NCBI RefSeq assembly: GCF_001194135.2
Contig: NC_068985.1
Span: 59,034,853-59,098,562, forward strand
Origin: Octopus bimaculoides
Lineage: Eukaryota
Direction: 5' to 3'
Length of the DNA: 63,710 bases
A program made the position numbers and the translations under genes. The notes below the pieces were generated by a model that worked only from the letters and a program-made list of their open reading frames with translations, was not told where the DNA came from and did not search any database. Of the stretch, positions 11,613-24,130 are shown piece after piece; the first letter of the stretch is position 1, and each line of letters starts with the position of its first letter.

Positions 11613-12294
11613 GCGTGTGTGTCTGTATATATATATATTAATATATATGTATATACTCACAGTCATACTGACACTTATATATGTGTATGCGTGACTGTAT
11701 TCGCTTTTGTGGGGGGGGGGAGAATTTTTTAATTTGCTTCAAACATTTCAGTACGTAGAAGTTACTTAAATCTTTCGAAAAGTTATTTCAATCTTTGCAA
11801 AAATCTTTGAGCACTGCAGATATGGAATTATAAGGTAATGTCAAGAACGAAAACAAAGCGAATGTGTATTGTATAAATTCATATGTTGTTTCATTGTCAT
11901 ATAATATTTCAAGAAAAAAATCTTTCTTCATAAATACAAGTGAATTCTCAATGAGTCTGGAGAAGTGTACTTTTATTAGCAGATTATTCTACATTATTCT
12001 GATTTTTTTATGGCGGCGAAATCTCTTTAACTATTTTGTCTACGAACTATATTAGTAGTTAGGAGTGGTTTCTGAAGTCAGTACCAACATTGCAGCAGTA
12101 GCATATAACGTTCTGTGGAAACACTAGTAATAAATTACGTGATATGACAAGTTAGAGCGATACGTAAGGGAATCCTGTCAGAGGTCGTGGAACATTAGCT
12201 TAACTCTAGTGTGAATTTAGTCAGTAGAAAAGGTATTTCTTAATTCAAATTAATTTGGATATACAATGCTGTGAGGTGCGGTAAGTATATTAAT

Positions 12295-12480
12295 TTCAAA
12301 TTTTGGCACAATACCAGCATATTCAAGGGAGTGTTTAAGTCAATTACATCAACTTTAGTGTTCATCCCCACGAGGCTGAAAGGCAAAGTCCACCTCGGCG
12401 GAATTTGAATGCATTACCTACAGACGGACGAAAAACTGCTAAGTATGTTGTTCAGGGTGCCAACGATTCTACCAGCACAA
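12295..12480 (-). mobile_element. tRNA-derived SINE, family B (Deu/Nin-like core), decayed
   Basis: Contains GAAAGGCAAAGTCCACCTCGGCGGAATTTGAA, shared with 56965-57176 and 43845-44010. Confidence 0.75.
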
Positions 12481-12779
12481 CACTTCAAAGGAGATAAATT
12501 TATGGTGATGTGGTTTATGTGTGAGAATACAGTTGAAGTTAGAGGAACTTGAGTAGGTGAAAAGTATGTAAAACATTCCAGTCATAGGCTGAAATAGATA
12601 TAACTACTATTAGGTGCGGCATTTGTCGGCGTGTTTCTTAAACGAGAAAATTAATGTCATTTGGCATTCGTTAACCCGGGTGTAGACTTTTCCAGATTGT
12701 GTTGCTGATATAGGGATTTCTTCGCCCATCACATTGAATCCGGTGCACGCCGGCATACGTCTGTGTATTAGCAAACACT

Positions 12780-13790
12780 TTTTCTCGGTTTGGGAAACAT
12801 GTTCGTTCAGGATTCCACGTAAGAAGAATCCAGAGTCGATCAGATGCTCGACCTCTCTAGAATTATTACCAAAACTGCATTGGAAGATGTTGAGTGGCAG
12901 TTAGAACAGAATGGAGAGTCCTTCTATAATGGAGCAAAATCGAGACGATTTGAGATAAGACCGCTTTAATAGCAATCTTAACTGGCTTTTGCTAAAATTA
13001 GGTGACTCAAAGCAAGCCTTCCTTGATCCATCAGGAAGCATCAAGGAAGATTATTCTCTTTGAATCAGACGTCACCAAACACTTAAATTCTGTTTCAGCG
13101 TTATTTTCTCTCTCCTTCCTTCCTTCCTTCCCTCCTTCCTTCCTTCCTTCTGTCCTTCCTATTCCTTGACCGTATGTTGATGTCGCTGCAACCAAATTAT
13201 AGCAATTCTCTCGGTCTTCTGCTCACTGTAAGTCGGTGAAATTACTCCAGGCGACAACTGACACGGTATGGGTTCTGGTCTGATTGTCATCACCATGAAT
13301 GTATCATGAGCAAGTTAGCTTTGTAATGCGCATTCCTCTCTAATCTGCTAACCACAAGCGTATGCCTTAAACAGACCTTGGCGCCGAACACCAGGCCGTT
13401 GACCTATGCATGTCACTTCGCCTTAATCGGCTTCTCCTTGTGAAGACTTACCGGAGATTTGGCCTATGTATGCACCCCCTCACTTCGAGCATTCAAGTAT
13501 GAGATTAGAAGTTGAATGAGGAACAGTGATACCTAACCATTTGACTATTCCTGACAATATGCGGCAGCCTGAAACCAAAGGTACAGTCCCTATTCAGACC
13601 TACCAACACTCCATTTTATCTGTAACCAAGAGAAATTTGTTGTCTTTAGCATACACTTCCAGTTGTTAAACGTCTTTGCAGGTAGCCTTAAAATCTTTCG
13701 ATTGCAAATTGCAATGACATTTCTTACTTCAGCTAATAATCCGCCACTGTTCAACATTCTTGCCAGCCATACATAATGTAGCATTAATTA
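12780..13790 (-). mobile_element. Highly decayed LINE RT C-terminal half (CR1/L2-like)
   Basis: Reverse-strand translation gives QLEVYAKDNKFLLVTDKME, VKWLGI (KYLG-like), ILF*LPLNIF and FFLRGILNEH, which resembles LDKFLQGIPDKP at 29650. The motifs are weak. Confidence 0.45.
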
Positions 13791-13808
13791 TTATCAATGG
13801 TTCATTGT

Positions 13809-14498
13809 CGAGGGTGGGCTGAAAATTTCATGGGCTGACTACGAAGGAATGATTCGTTAAAACTGTGAATTCTTGTAGGCATTAATTTTAACAATTTTTA
13901 TTAAAATCATTCTTTCCTTCCTGGTAAACTGATATCTGACTGTTAAAAGAAGATTTCAAAATTAACTTGTTGCCACGTCACTTGAAAATCGACAAAATTT
14001 GGCAATGTTCCAGTTCACTATTCATTTCTCTACAAATGTGCCATAATCACTAAACCATACTGTACCAAGCTGAAAAGCAATCATACAACCAACACCTTGT
14101 GTTTATCCTTGCCTTATACGAGAGTTGTTTGAAAGGTCCAGAGTCTGACCAAAATACCTTCATAGTCAGTGGCCTGTCATGCATCTGCAAATGTTGAACA
14201 CAGTCAGTGGTGACACAGTCAGTGGTGACACAGTCGGTGGTGACACAGTCGGTGGTGACACTTGCACGACGTCCATTAGAGGATTACGCTCCTGTTCATC
14301 AACAGTGCAAAAGTGGGCTGCTGAATTTAGGAAACTCTTGAAGATGACCCAACATCTGGACGTCGTGCAAGTGTCACCACCGACTGTGTCACCACTGACT
14401 GTGTCACCACTGACTGTGTTCAACATTTGCAGATGCATGACAGGCCACTGACTATGAAGGTATTTTGGTCAGACTCTGGACCTTTCAAACAACTCTCG
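13809..14498 (+). mobile_element. Internally deleted mariner-type element interrupted by a fold-back duplication
   Basis: Left TIR CGAGGGTGGGCTGAAAATTTCATGGGCTGAC matches the right TIR (reverse complement CGAGAGTTGTTTGAAAGGTCCAGAGTCTGAC) at about 21/32. N-terminal remnants: KIDKIW at ~13985 and STVQKWAAEFR...LEDDPTSGR at 14297-14362. TA follows the right TIR. Confidence 0.7.
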
Positions 14499-14611
14499 TA
14501 TAAGGCAAAGATAAACACAAGGTGTTGGTTGTATGATTGCTTTTCAGCTTGGTACAGTATGGTTTAGTGATTATGCCAAATTTGTAGAGAAATGAATAGT
14601 GAACTGGAACA
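14006..14611. repeat. Large near-perfect palindrome: arms 14006-14275 and 14357-14611, 81-bp spacer
   Basis: Arms differ by about 3 substitutions and one 15-bp tandem unit (4 vs 3 copies of CACAGTC(A/G)GTGGTGA). Confidence 0.95.
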
Positions 14612-15569
14612 ATAAAATTACCTCTTCATCAAAATATTTCTTTAAGCTGAAATTTGTCACAAATTTTCCTTCCAATTTTTAATGCAATTGCTGTTATCTA
14701 CAATTGACAAGTATATTCTGATGTGTTACTAGACTTTTGTATGTATTTTTATTTGATTTCGAAATTTTATAGTTTATACTTTCACTGTGCAGAGACAGTA
14801 GAAAGTGCATCAACGCCAAAATTAGACACTAGATAAAATCTGAAGCATGTAGGGAACAATGTAAGAAAATAAAAGGAAGGTTTACTTCTATAGACTACCA
14901 ACTAGAATATTTAGTTGAGGTTGTGACAGGTTTCTCTTTGTTTGTATTAGCATTCAAGAGATTGTCGGTATATTTCATCACAATGATATGAGAATAATTA
15001 AACTGGACATGAAAAGATAGGAACGTTTGTCGAATAACAAAGGAGAGAAAGCGTGACGGTGGATATTAGAATAACTGTTTCTAAGTACAAAGAGATAATA
15101 AATAGGTGACGTTAACCAGATAATCGGAACACAGAAGGAAAATTATGAAGAAAGTGGCCTAGAATTATGGTAGATATAGATTTAATATAGACGGCAAGGT
15201 AAGGAAGAGACAACATATAGTACTATTGCAAAGAAAATTATCACAAGGTAGACATTAAGAAATGTCTTTGTCTCTATCTCATTGTCAATCTTTCTGTATA
15301 AACACACACACATACACACACACATAGACATATATATGTAAACCTTCCATTGGTTCATTGAAAACCATGAATATAATAAGATTCACTTTTGTTAGCAACC
15401 TTTTCCTTCACACTCGCCATGGTCTCAAGAGTAGATGACTCCAATGCTTACCTACATATCACTCTTGCAATTAATCTCTTTCTATCTTTCTGCCTTTTTC
15501 TCTCTCTTTCTCTCTAAACATACACATACACACACACGCACACACACAATCACACATATATATGAACAT

Positions 15570-15613
<44 letters not shown>

Positions 15614-16038
15614 GTGTGCTGGGGGTATGTAAATATGAAGCAACAAAGATACTCGAATTTTGCTGAAACCAAATAATAGTGTCGACCTTCTGCATGATAG
15701 ATGCAAGGTGGAATTTTAAATGAAAGACTGCCTGCTGAGATCCATTGATTCGACATGATCGCCTCTCAGGAACCCCTGACTATGGATAAATATCAGATAT
15801 TTTTAATAACACAAAATAAATACTAGATACTGGGCAATGAAAACGTCTCAGTCCCGCATTAAATGCTTTCAGTAACTACTTAAGTTTTATTCCTTTTTCT
15901 GTTCACTCCTATCATTTAAACGGGTTCCCTTACTCCCCTGGGGCATATAAATTTTTTCGCCTCTAATAAACCAGTTAGAGATGCAATCACTTTCATTCAT
16001 ATACTAAAAGTAGAACAATTTTTAAAAAAACATAATAA

Positions 16039-16039
<1 letters not shown>

Positions 16040-16105
<66 letters not shown>

Positions 16106-17067
16106 NNNNNNNNNNNNNNNNNNNNNNNNNNNNNNNNNNNNNNNNNNNNNNNNNNNNNNNNNNNNNNNNNNNNNNNNNNNNNNNNNNNNNNNNNNNNNNN
16201 NNNNNNNNNNNNNNNNNNNNNNNNNNNNNNNNNNNNNNNNNNNNNNNNNNNNNNNNNNNNNNNNNNNNNNNNNNNNNNNNNNNNNNNNNNNNNNNNNNNN
16301 NNNNNNNNNNNNNNNNNNNNNNNNNNNNNNNNNNNNNNNNNNNNNNNNNNNNNNNNNNNNNNNNNNNNNNNNNNNNNNNNNNNNNNNNNNNNNNNNNNNN
16401 NNNNNNNNNNNNNNNNNNNNNNNNNNNNNNNNNNNNNNNNNNNNNNNNNNNNNNNNNNNNNNNNNNNNNNNNNNNNNNNNNNNNNNNNNNNNNNNNNNNN
16501 NNNNNNNNNNNNNNNNNNNNNNNNNNNNNNNNNNNNNNNNNNNNNNNNNNNNNNNNNNNNNNNNNNNNNNNNNNNNNNNNNNNNNNNNNNNNNNNNNNNN
16601 NNNNNNNNNNNNNNNNNNNNNNNNNNNNNNNNNNNNNNNNNNNNNNNNNNNNNNNNNNNNNNNNNNNNNNNNNNNNNNNNNNNNNNNNNNNNNNNNNNNN
16701 NNNNNNNNNNNNNNNNNNNNNNNNNNNNNNNNNNNNNNNNNNNNNNNNNNNNNNNNNNNNNNNNNNNNNNNNNNNNNNNNNNNNNNNNNNNNNNNNNNNN
16801 NNNNNNNNNNNNNNNNNNNNNNNNNNNNNNNNNNNNNNNNNNNNNNNNNNNNNNNNNNNNNNNNNNNNNNNNNNNNNNNNNNNNNNNNNNNNNNNNNNNN
16901 NNNNNNNNNNNNNNNNNNNNNNNNNNNNNNNNNNNNNNNNNNNNNNNNNNNNNNNNNNNNNNNNNNNNNNNNNNNNNNNNNNNNNNNNNNNNNNNNNNNN
17001 NNNNNNNNNNNNNNNNNNNNNNNNNNNNNNNNNNNNNNNNNNNNNNNNNNNNNNNNNNNNNNNNNNN

Positions 17068-17129
<62 letters not shown>
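16040..17129. repeat. (TTA)n microsatellite on both sides of an N-gap
   Basis: Direct inspection. Confidence 0.9.
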
Positions 17130-17230
17130 GAGTGAGAGAACAGTGCATGCCATCAAAGTGACACTGGTGTAAAATATACGAAGCCCAGTATACCCATCAT
17201 GACTACCCGTCTGGGAAAGGTACACCAAAT
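17130..17230 (-). mobile_element. Probable 3' end of an RLE-type retrotransposon abutting (AAT)n
   Basis: On the reverse strand a unique sequence ends CATGCACTGTTCTCTCACTC directly followed by (AAT)n, the same layout as the two Dong elements. No coding motif seen. Confidence 0.4.
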
Positions 17231-17343
17231 ATTCAAATTTGGTGCAGAAGTACCGGCCGAATGATATTCTTGCAGTATATGCATACAATTAGACCCAGCT
17301 GAGCGAAGAAATCCACCCTTGTGCTATTCAGACAGGTACATTA

Positions 17344-18430
17344 TCTGTATATATATAAAAGAGAGGATGTTTTTTTGTGTGTGTACGTGAATGTAGTTTA
17401 TGTACGTCCACAAATTAGCACGTATGTCGCTCCAATTTTAGGAGGTGATGTGTCATGACATTATGTGCATTTTCGTCAAATATTTCTCTCAGAGGCACCC
17501 GCGTATAGCTGTAAAAGTCGATAAACTTTTACCAATTTTGCAGTTCGTTGACATGTCGAAGTCAAATCTGTGCGCACGCGCGTGAAGAAGGGAGAGACAT
17601 ACAGAGAGACAGACAGAGAGAGAGAGAAAGAAAGGAAGAAATAGTGTTTGTGTTATATACTTTCTCACACAACAATTCAAATATATTTATTTTAAATCAT
17701 TTATTTGTTTTCAATCGTTCATCTTTCTCCCCCTCTCACTCTCACACACACGCACATATACTACTTTGGGAGCGAAAGAGTTTTGTTTATATTTCACAAC
17801 CATAAAACAAAAACGCATGTAACAATTTGTCAGTCACCCCTCCCCCAACCTGTTTTTCGGACCACAAAAAGGGTTTTGCAATGTTTCAGATTAACAACCG
17901 CACGATTTCTACTAGGGTGTTACGGTTATGGTTTTAAGGTTAGGGTTAGAGTCTTACGGTTAGGATTAGGGTTAGGGTTAAGGTTAGCGTTAGGATTACG
18001 ATTAGGGTTGGTGTTAGGGTTACGGTTTTAGGGTCAGGGTTAGGGTTAGGGTTTAGGATTAGGGTTTAGGGTTACGGTTAGAGTTAACCGAGAAGGGACA
18101 GGCCCCTTATTTTTTGGTTAAGGCTGTTGGTAAGTTTTCCTAACTTACTACAATTCACATCCCCAATGCAAACCTTCAGATCAACCTTTTCCTATGCAGA
18201 TTTCTAATGCAACTTTAAAAAAAAAACAGTCAATGAGTGGAAATAACCAATAAACTGATTCCTTATGGGATTTCCCAATTAAATTGCCAGCAAACCATTT
18301 TCAGCCAAACCAATTTCAACGGATTTCGCTCAAATCTGATGTCCATGTTACCTATTTTGGTTTGAAATAAAGCACTTGATCACTTAATAATCCTAGCTTA
18401 ATCCCGAGCAGCGCCGGGTTATACTGCTAG
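17344..18430 (+). mobile_element. Non-autonomous Helitron
   Basis: 5' TC (TCTGTATATATATAAAAG) preceded by A. 3' CTAG followed by T. Subterminal hairpin CCCG-agcagcgc-CGGG at 18403-18418. No TSD. Confidence 0.8.
17913..18085 (+). repeat. Degenerate telomere-like (TTAGGG)n tract inside the Helitron
   Basis: About 25 variant hexamers; GGGTCAGGGTTAGGGTTAGGG at 18031-18051. Confidence 0.9.
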
Positions 18431-18714
18431 TATTAAATATACAGTCCATAATATTTACGAAGGGCAGATTCTGAGACAAGTGAACAAAATATAAATGAGC
18501 AACAGTAGGAGTACAGGTATCAATCCATTACGGCCGTTTCTAACGAGTCCTTTAATTGATTTATGAAAACATTACATCATTGTAAAGAAACCGTTTTCGT
18601 CACATGAATTCGTGAACTTCGAAATACAGGACATTCGAAATGATTAACAGCTTAAAATCCACGGAGCAATAAACATTTACAATGATTCTGCTACTCTTTC
18701 GGTTGACAGAATAC

Positions 18715-18764
<50 letters not shown>

Positions 18765-19621
18765 NNNNNNNNNNNNNNNNNNNNNNNNNNNNNNNNNNNN
18801 NNNNNNNNNNNNNNNNNNNNNNNNNNNNNNNNNNNNNNNNNNNNNNNNNNNNNNNNNNNNNNNNNNNNNNNNNNNNNNNATATATATATATATATACATA
18901 TATATATTTCGTTTGGGGATTTGGTTTGCAAGATTCATTATGTGAGTTCCTGAGTTGAAGCATATTCTGTTGTGTCTGAGGAGAGTCACTCCCTTTTAGT
19001 GCCTTCTTATTTAACACAATCACCAGTAAAATTTGTACTCATTTACGTATTTATTTTTTAAAATTTTCGTTGCGTCTTGCAACCTTTTCAGTTGGTGTTG
19101 ATTCTGTCCGTTATTCAAGCTGTGTTCTTTAGGTTGTTTGTGCTCATGTCTGTCCGTCAGATTGTGTGCGCATACACATGTATGTTGTATGCATGTATGC
19201 ATATTCTTGTGTTTGTGCGTTTGTGTGTTCGAGTGTGTATGTCTTTAGGTGTGTGTTTGCATGTGTGTGGGTATACCTCTGTCTCCATGTGTGTGCATCT
19301 CTGAGTGTGTTTCTGTGTTAGTGTGCATGGGTTTTTGTGACTATGTATTGTATCTGTATGTATGGATGCGTATCTCTATATGTGAGGACATGTATAACAG
19401 TCTTTATTTGCGTATGTGTGTGTGTGCGTGTCTGTTCATATTACCTATGAGCCCATCTGTCTGTATGTCTATCTGTTTACTTTCATATCCATTTGCCAAC
19501 ATACATGTGCATATATATATATATACATACATACCTACATACATACATACATATATATATATNNNNNNNNNNGACAAGAGTAAAATATTAGTTATAGAAT
19601 AAAAACGTTAGGTTAACTACT

Positions 19622-20534
19622 CAACATATCACACTCTCTCAATGATCATATATAAGAAATACAACAAAATACACCAAACATAGTAATAAAAAGATACAAA
19701 AATAACGTAAGAAAAATAAAAATAGATAAAAGATTAATAAATATATAAGAAGTAAGATGCAATATATAAAACGTATAATATAAAAATTTACACACAAATA
19801 TATCATTTCAACCGATAACATACAAATAAATTAAGAATAATAAACAGCAGACATGAATAGGTATTTGTTTTTTGACCCATGTTTTTTGTGAACTCTTATA
19901 AATGGTGGTTGAAATGGATTTTACCGATTGATACCTGCTGGGTGCTGTATTTGTCTTTTGACCCGTGTGTTTTGTGAACTTTTGGACATGATGAGCAGAA
20001 TTGGATTTTACCTACTGCGTGCCTGTATTCACCTTTGACCCGTGTTTTTTTGTGATCTCTTGTGTAAACTGATACGGACTTACCTATTCATGTCTGCTGT
20101 TTTAAATTATAAAATATGCCCGAGGGAAGTATAGAACTTTATATTTTAGCTCTAAACAACGTTAAATCATTTAAAGTTTTGTCATTGATTTTTAACCGAT
20201 AGACTATTTTGTTTTACCTCATTTCTTTATTTTATTTTATATTGATCTATATTATACATTTCAATTTTTAATCGTATTAATTTTAACTTCAACTTGATTT
20301 GGAACATTTATCAAATTTATTATTCTTAATTTATTTGTATGTTATCGGTTGAAATGATATATTTGTGTATACATTTTTATATTATACGTTTTATATATTG
20401 CATCTTACTTCTTATATATTTCTTATTCTTTTATTTTTATTTTTATTACGTTATTTTTCTATCATTTTATTCCTATGTTTGGTGTATTTTGTTGTATTTC
20501 TTATATATGATCATTGAGGGAGTGTGATATGTTG
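19622..20534. mobile_element. Foldback/MITE-like element with ~220-bp AT-rich inverted arms and internal ~85-bp tandem units
   Basis: 19622-19844 matches the reverse complement of 20316-20534 at roughly 90%. Three GTATT..TTTGACCC(A/G)TGT..TTTGTGA units at ~19860, 19948 and 20026. The right arm runs into an N-gap. Confidence 0.75.
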
Positions 20535-20959
20535 NNNNNNNNNNNNNNNNNNNNNNNNNNNNNNNNNNNNNNNNNNNNNNNNNNNNNNNNNNNNNNNNNN
20601 NNNNNNNNNNNNNNNNNNNNNNNNNNNNNNNNNNNNNNNNNNNNNNNNNNNNNNNNNNNNNNNNNNNNNNNNNNNNNNNNNNNNNNNNNNNNNNNNNNNN
20701 NNNNNNNNNNNNNNNNNNNNNNNNNNNNNNNNNNNNNNNNNNNNNNNNNNNNNNNNNNNNNNNNNNNNNNNNNNNNNNNNNNNNNNNNNNNNNNNNNNNN
20801 NNNNNNNNNNNNNNNNNNNNNNNNNNNNNNNNNNNNNNNNNNNNNNNNNNNNNNNNNTATATGTATGTATATATATATATATAGTAGTATATATAGTATA
20901 TATAGTATATAGTATATATATAGTATATAGTATATATATTGTATATATAGTATATATAT

Positions 20960-21081
20960 GAACCCTATTTTTCTGATCATATCCGGAGAATTGCATGCGG
21001 TGCATCAAGTTCTGTACATGTTTCTTAGGGTTTCATAGGCTTGGCATAATGGGGATGCGTTGTTCATTATCCTAAATAAGT
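20960..21081 (-). mobile_element. Second partial copy of the Penelope-like element's first 122 bp (partial tandem)
   Basis: About 94% identical direct repeat of 21847-21968; encodes MHRMQFSGYDQKNRV. Confidence 0.85.
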
Positions 21082-21189
21082 ATATATATATATATATATA
21101 TAGTAGGATATATATATATATACATACATACATCTACATAACAGCCCACATACTATTCTACCTGTATATAAATATGAATTGTCGGTATG

Positions 21190-21968
21190 GGGTTATGATT
21201 ATCTGCTTGGTATATTTCTTTTTAGTGGATGTTTCATTTATGAGGACGTACACTTGTATTTGTCTGAGCGTTGGGTCCATTGGGTGCTTGGATAAAATAC
21301 GGATGTCAAGTTGACCCAGGTTGCCTCCATGCTGGTCGTTGGCATGTTGGTAGGGTATAGAGGACTGTTTTTCTCGTCATATTGTCTCAAATGGTAATAT
21401 AATCTTTCGGAAATGCTCCTAGATATCTCTCCTATGTATATCATGTTCATGTCTTTACAAGCACTTTCTATGCATCTTATGCTGTAAACTACATTTCTAG
21501 TTCTACAGTTAATACCAGGGATAATCCTATAAACCATGTAGTTATCATTGGTGCATATAGTATTCTCAAAGTTGTGATTTAATGGACTTCCCTGGCTTTT
21601 CAACAATGTTGAGTTTGGTCTCCTTCAGAGCTTTCCTAAATCTACGGGGTAGTTCTACAGGGGCTGTGGCCTCTACACACATCACGCCCTGATATTTGAC
21701 GGTTTTATACCACGTGTTCACTCTGTTTGCTTTGTCTCAAGCTCTTTGTATTCTATTCCAGTCTTTGCTTCTTGATCTAGGGCAGGTACCACATGTTTCA
21801 TTAAATATAATGTTATTTAACTTCTTTCCAGAACCCCTGATTAATCGAACCCTATTTTTCTGATCATATCCGGAAAATTGCATGCGGTGCATGAAGTTCT
21901 GTACATGTTTCTTAGGGCTTCATAGGGTCTGCATAATGGGGATGCGTTGTTCATTATCCTAGATAAGT
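21190..21968 (-). mobile_element. Penelope-like element fragment (RT thumb/linker + GIY-YIG)
   Basis: Reverse strand reads NFMHRMQFSGYDQKNRVRLI...VEKPGKS, then CRTRNVVYSIRCIESACKDMNMIYIGEISRSISERLYYHLRQ (CxxNVVY.I.C..C...YIGE..R...R..H). Confidence 0.85.
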
Positions 21969-22330
21969 TTGCTATCAGTATGTTAATTTTCATGTTGTGT
22001 GACAAATCTGAGTTCTTGTGAACACATACTCACATACATACATACATACATACGCATACTTACTTGCATACATACATACATACATACATACATACATACA
22101 TACATACATACATACATGTGTATGCACACAAACACTGTCCCACATACATGCGCACAAACGAACAAAAAGAACGCAGCTTCAATAACGAACAGAGTCAAAA
22201 ACTATAGAAAAGTTTGCAAGACACAACGAAAAGTTTAGAGAAATAAATAAGTAAATGTGTGGAAATTTTACTGGTGAGTATGTTACATTATAAGGCACTA
22301 AATGAGAAGGACTCTTCTGATACACAACAG

Positions 22331-22361
<31 letters not shown>

Positions 22362-22866
22362 AAAGAGGAAGATAAATGTATATAGATATCTGNNNNNNNN
22401 NNNNNNNNNNNNNNNNNNNNNNNNNNNNNNNNNNNNNNNNNNNNNNNNNNNNNNNNNNNNNNNNNNNNNNNNNNNNNNNNNNNNNNNNNNNNNNNNNNNN
22501 NNNNNNNNNNNNNNNNNNNNNNNNNNNNNNNNNNNNNNNNNNNNNNNNNNNNNNNNNNNNNNNNNNNNNNNNNNNNNNNNNNNNNNNNNNNNNNNNNNNN
22601 NNNNNNNNNNNNNNNNNNNNNNNNNNNNNNNNNNNNNNNNNNNNNNNNNNNNNNNNNNNNNNNNNNNNNNNNNNNNNNNNNNNNNNNNNNNNNNNNNNNN
22701 NNNNNNNNNNNNNNNNNNNNNNNNNNNNNNNNNNNNNNNNNNNNNNNNNNNNNNNNNNNNNNNNNNNNNNNNNNNNNNNNNNNNNNNNNNNNNNNNNNNN
22801 NNNNNNNNNNNNNNNNNNNNNNNNNNNNNNNNNNNNNNNNNNNNNNNNNNNNNNNNNNNNNNNNNN

Positions 22867-22899
<33 letters not shown>

Positions 22900-22962
22900 A
22901 TACGCACAAACAATATATGCATACATATATATATACGTACTTTCGTATATATGTATATATAC

Positions 22963-23200
22963 ATGCATATATGGGTACAGGACGTCATAAAACGTAAACA
23001 ACATGAAATACGATGGCAATCTTTTGTATGCGAACGACGAAAGAAACAAATGGAACAAGACAAGTAACATAAAGAACGAGCCTTCATCAGTTGTCGGCTG
23101 TTTATCTACTCCACATTTCGAACAATTCACGATAATATTTGCCTTCAAGAAAACACTTATTCCTGCGAAGCAAAATAAAATTTGAGATTTGTGGAGGGTC
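22963..23200. repeat. GGGTACAGGAC-headed dispersed repeat (copy 2 of 3)
   Basis: Head shared with 3590 and 47717; contains CCTTCATCAG. Confidence 0.55.
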
Positions 23201-23326
23201 GAAGTTGGTAACAACCTAGAAACTTGAGTGCATTAATGTTAATTGAAATTGACCATAGCTCATATATTGTAGTGCAAGTATATGAATCAATGTGTCTATA
23301 TGTATCTATCTATCTATATATATATA

Positions 23327-23363
<37 letters not shown>

Positions 23364-23364
23364 T

Positions 23365-23395
<31 letters not shown>

Positions 23396-23414
23396 GTGTT
23401 TGTGTGTGTATGAA

Positions 23415-23460
<46 letters not shown>

Positions 23461-23564
23461 CCTTCTTTATTTAGTGGACACTGTTTACCCTGTATCGGAA
23501 TACAATTTCTGTTGTGATTTAGAAAAATTTGATTTGACATGATATTCGCTTCATGTCAGATCTC

Positions 23565-24130
23565 GGCGAAGACCAGGAAACACAACTAGGACTCCTATGT
23601 GGCCTTTGTTGATTGAAAAAAGCCTTCGATACAATAAAATTTTATGACCGCGGTAAGGTTCTATATAAACCTTGTACTTCCAAAAGACGGTCACAATTAT
23701 ATCATTCACAATGATATCACAGTCCCTATGATGGAAGTTGGTTCAACATCTGATACATACACTGGAAAGAAAGGAAGCAGGTAGCGCTGTGTTACAGTTT
23801 CTACCTTATTTGCAGTCTACTTCTCAGCCATGTTGCATGTCTTATTAAGAGGAATCGATGAAATTATGTATATCCATTATAGGATAGATGGTATTATTTT
23901 CAATCTACAACTCCTCAGAGCCAGAAGCAGTCAGGGAACTTCTAAGATAGTTTCTATTTGTAGACGATTGAATTCTCTTTGCAGGTTATACAAGTATTAG
24001 TTGGCTGATGACAAATGTTGCCAAATCCATTGGATGTTTAGGTCTTGCATCATACAGCACCTAAACATCCAATACTGGATCCTACTGACATGGTAGACTA
24101 TACACTAAGCGAAAATGAGCTTGCCTTAGA
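23565..24130 (+). mobile_element. Decayed RTE-clade (BovB-like) LINE RT fragment
   Basis: SYVAFVD*KKAFDTI at ~23597. PTLF-like TLFAVYFSAMLH at ~23805. YRIDGIIFNLQLLRA at ~23880. FLFVDD at ~23952. Confidence 0.75.

Noticed and set aside
14199-14263. Regular short repeats resembling a CRISPR array
   Set aside because: The 15-bp units are directly adjacent with no unique spacers, the context is eukaryotic, and no cas genes are present.
17913-18085. True telomere or chromosome-fusion scar
   Set aside because: Short, degenerate, single orientation and enclosed within Helitron termini.
21215-21250. Hammerhead in the 3' UTR of the Penelope fragment (CTCATAAATGAAAC)
   Set aside because: Two core mismatches, no stem II or stem I and no GUH.
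23075-23125. CTGATGAAGG on the minus strand as a type I or II hammerhead (similar at 3700-3750)
   Set aside because: No downstream GAAA for type I, and the upstream GAAA lacks an adjacent stem I and a valid NUH site for type II.
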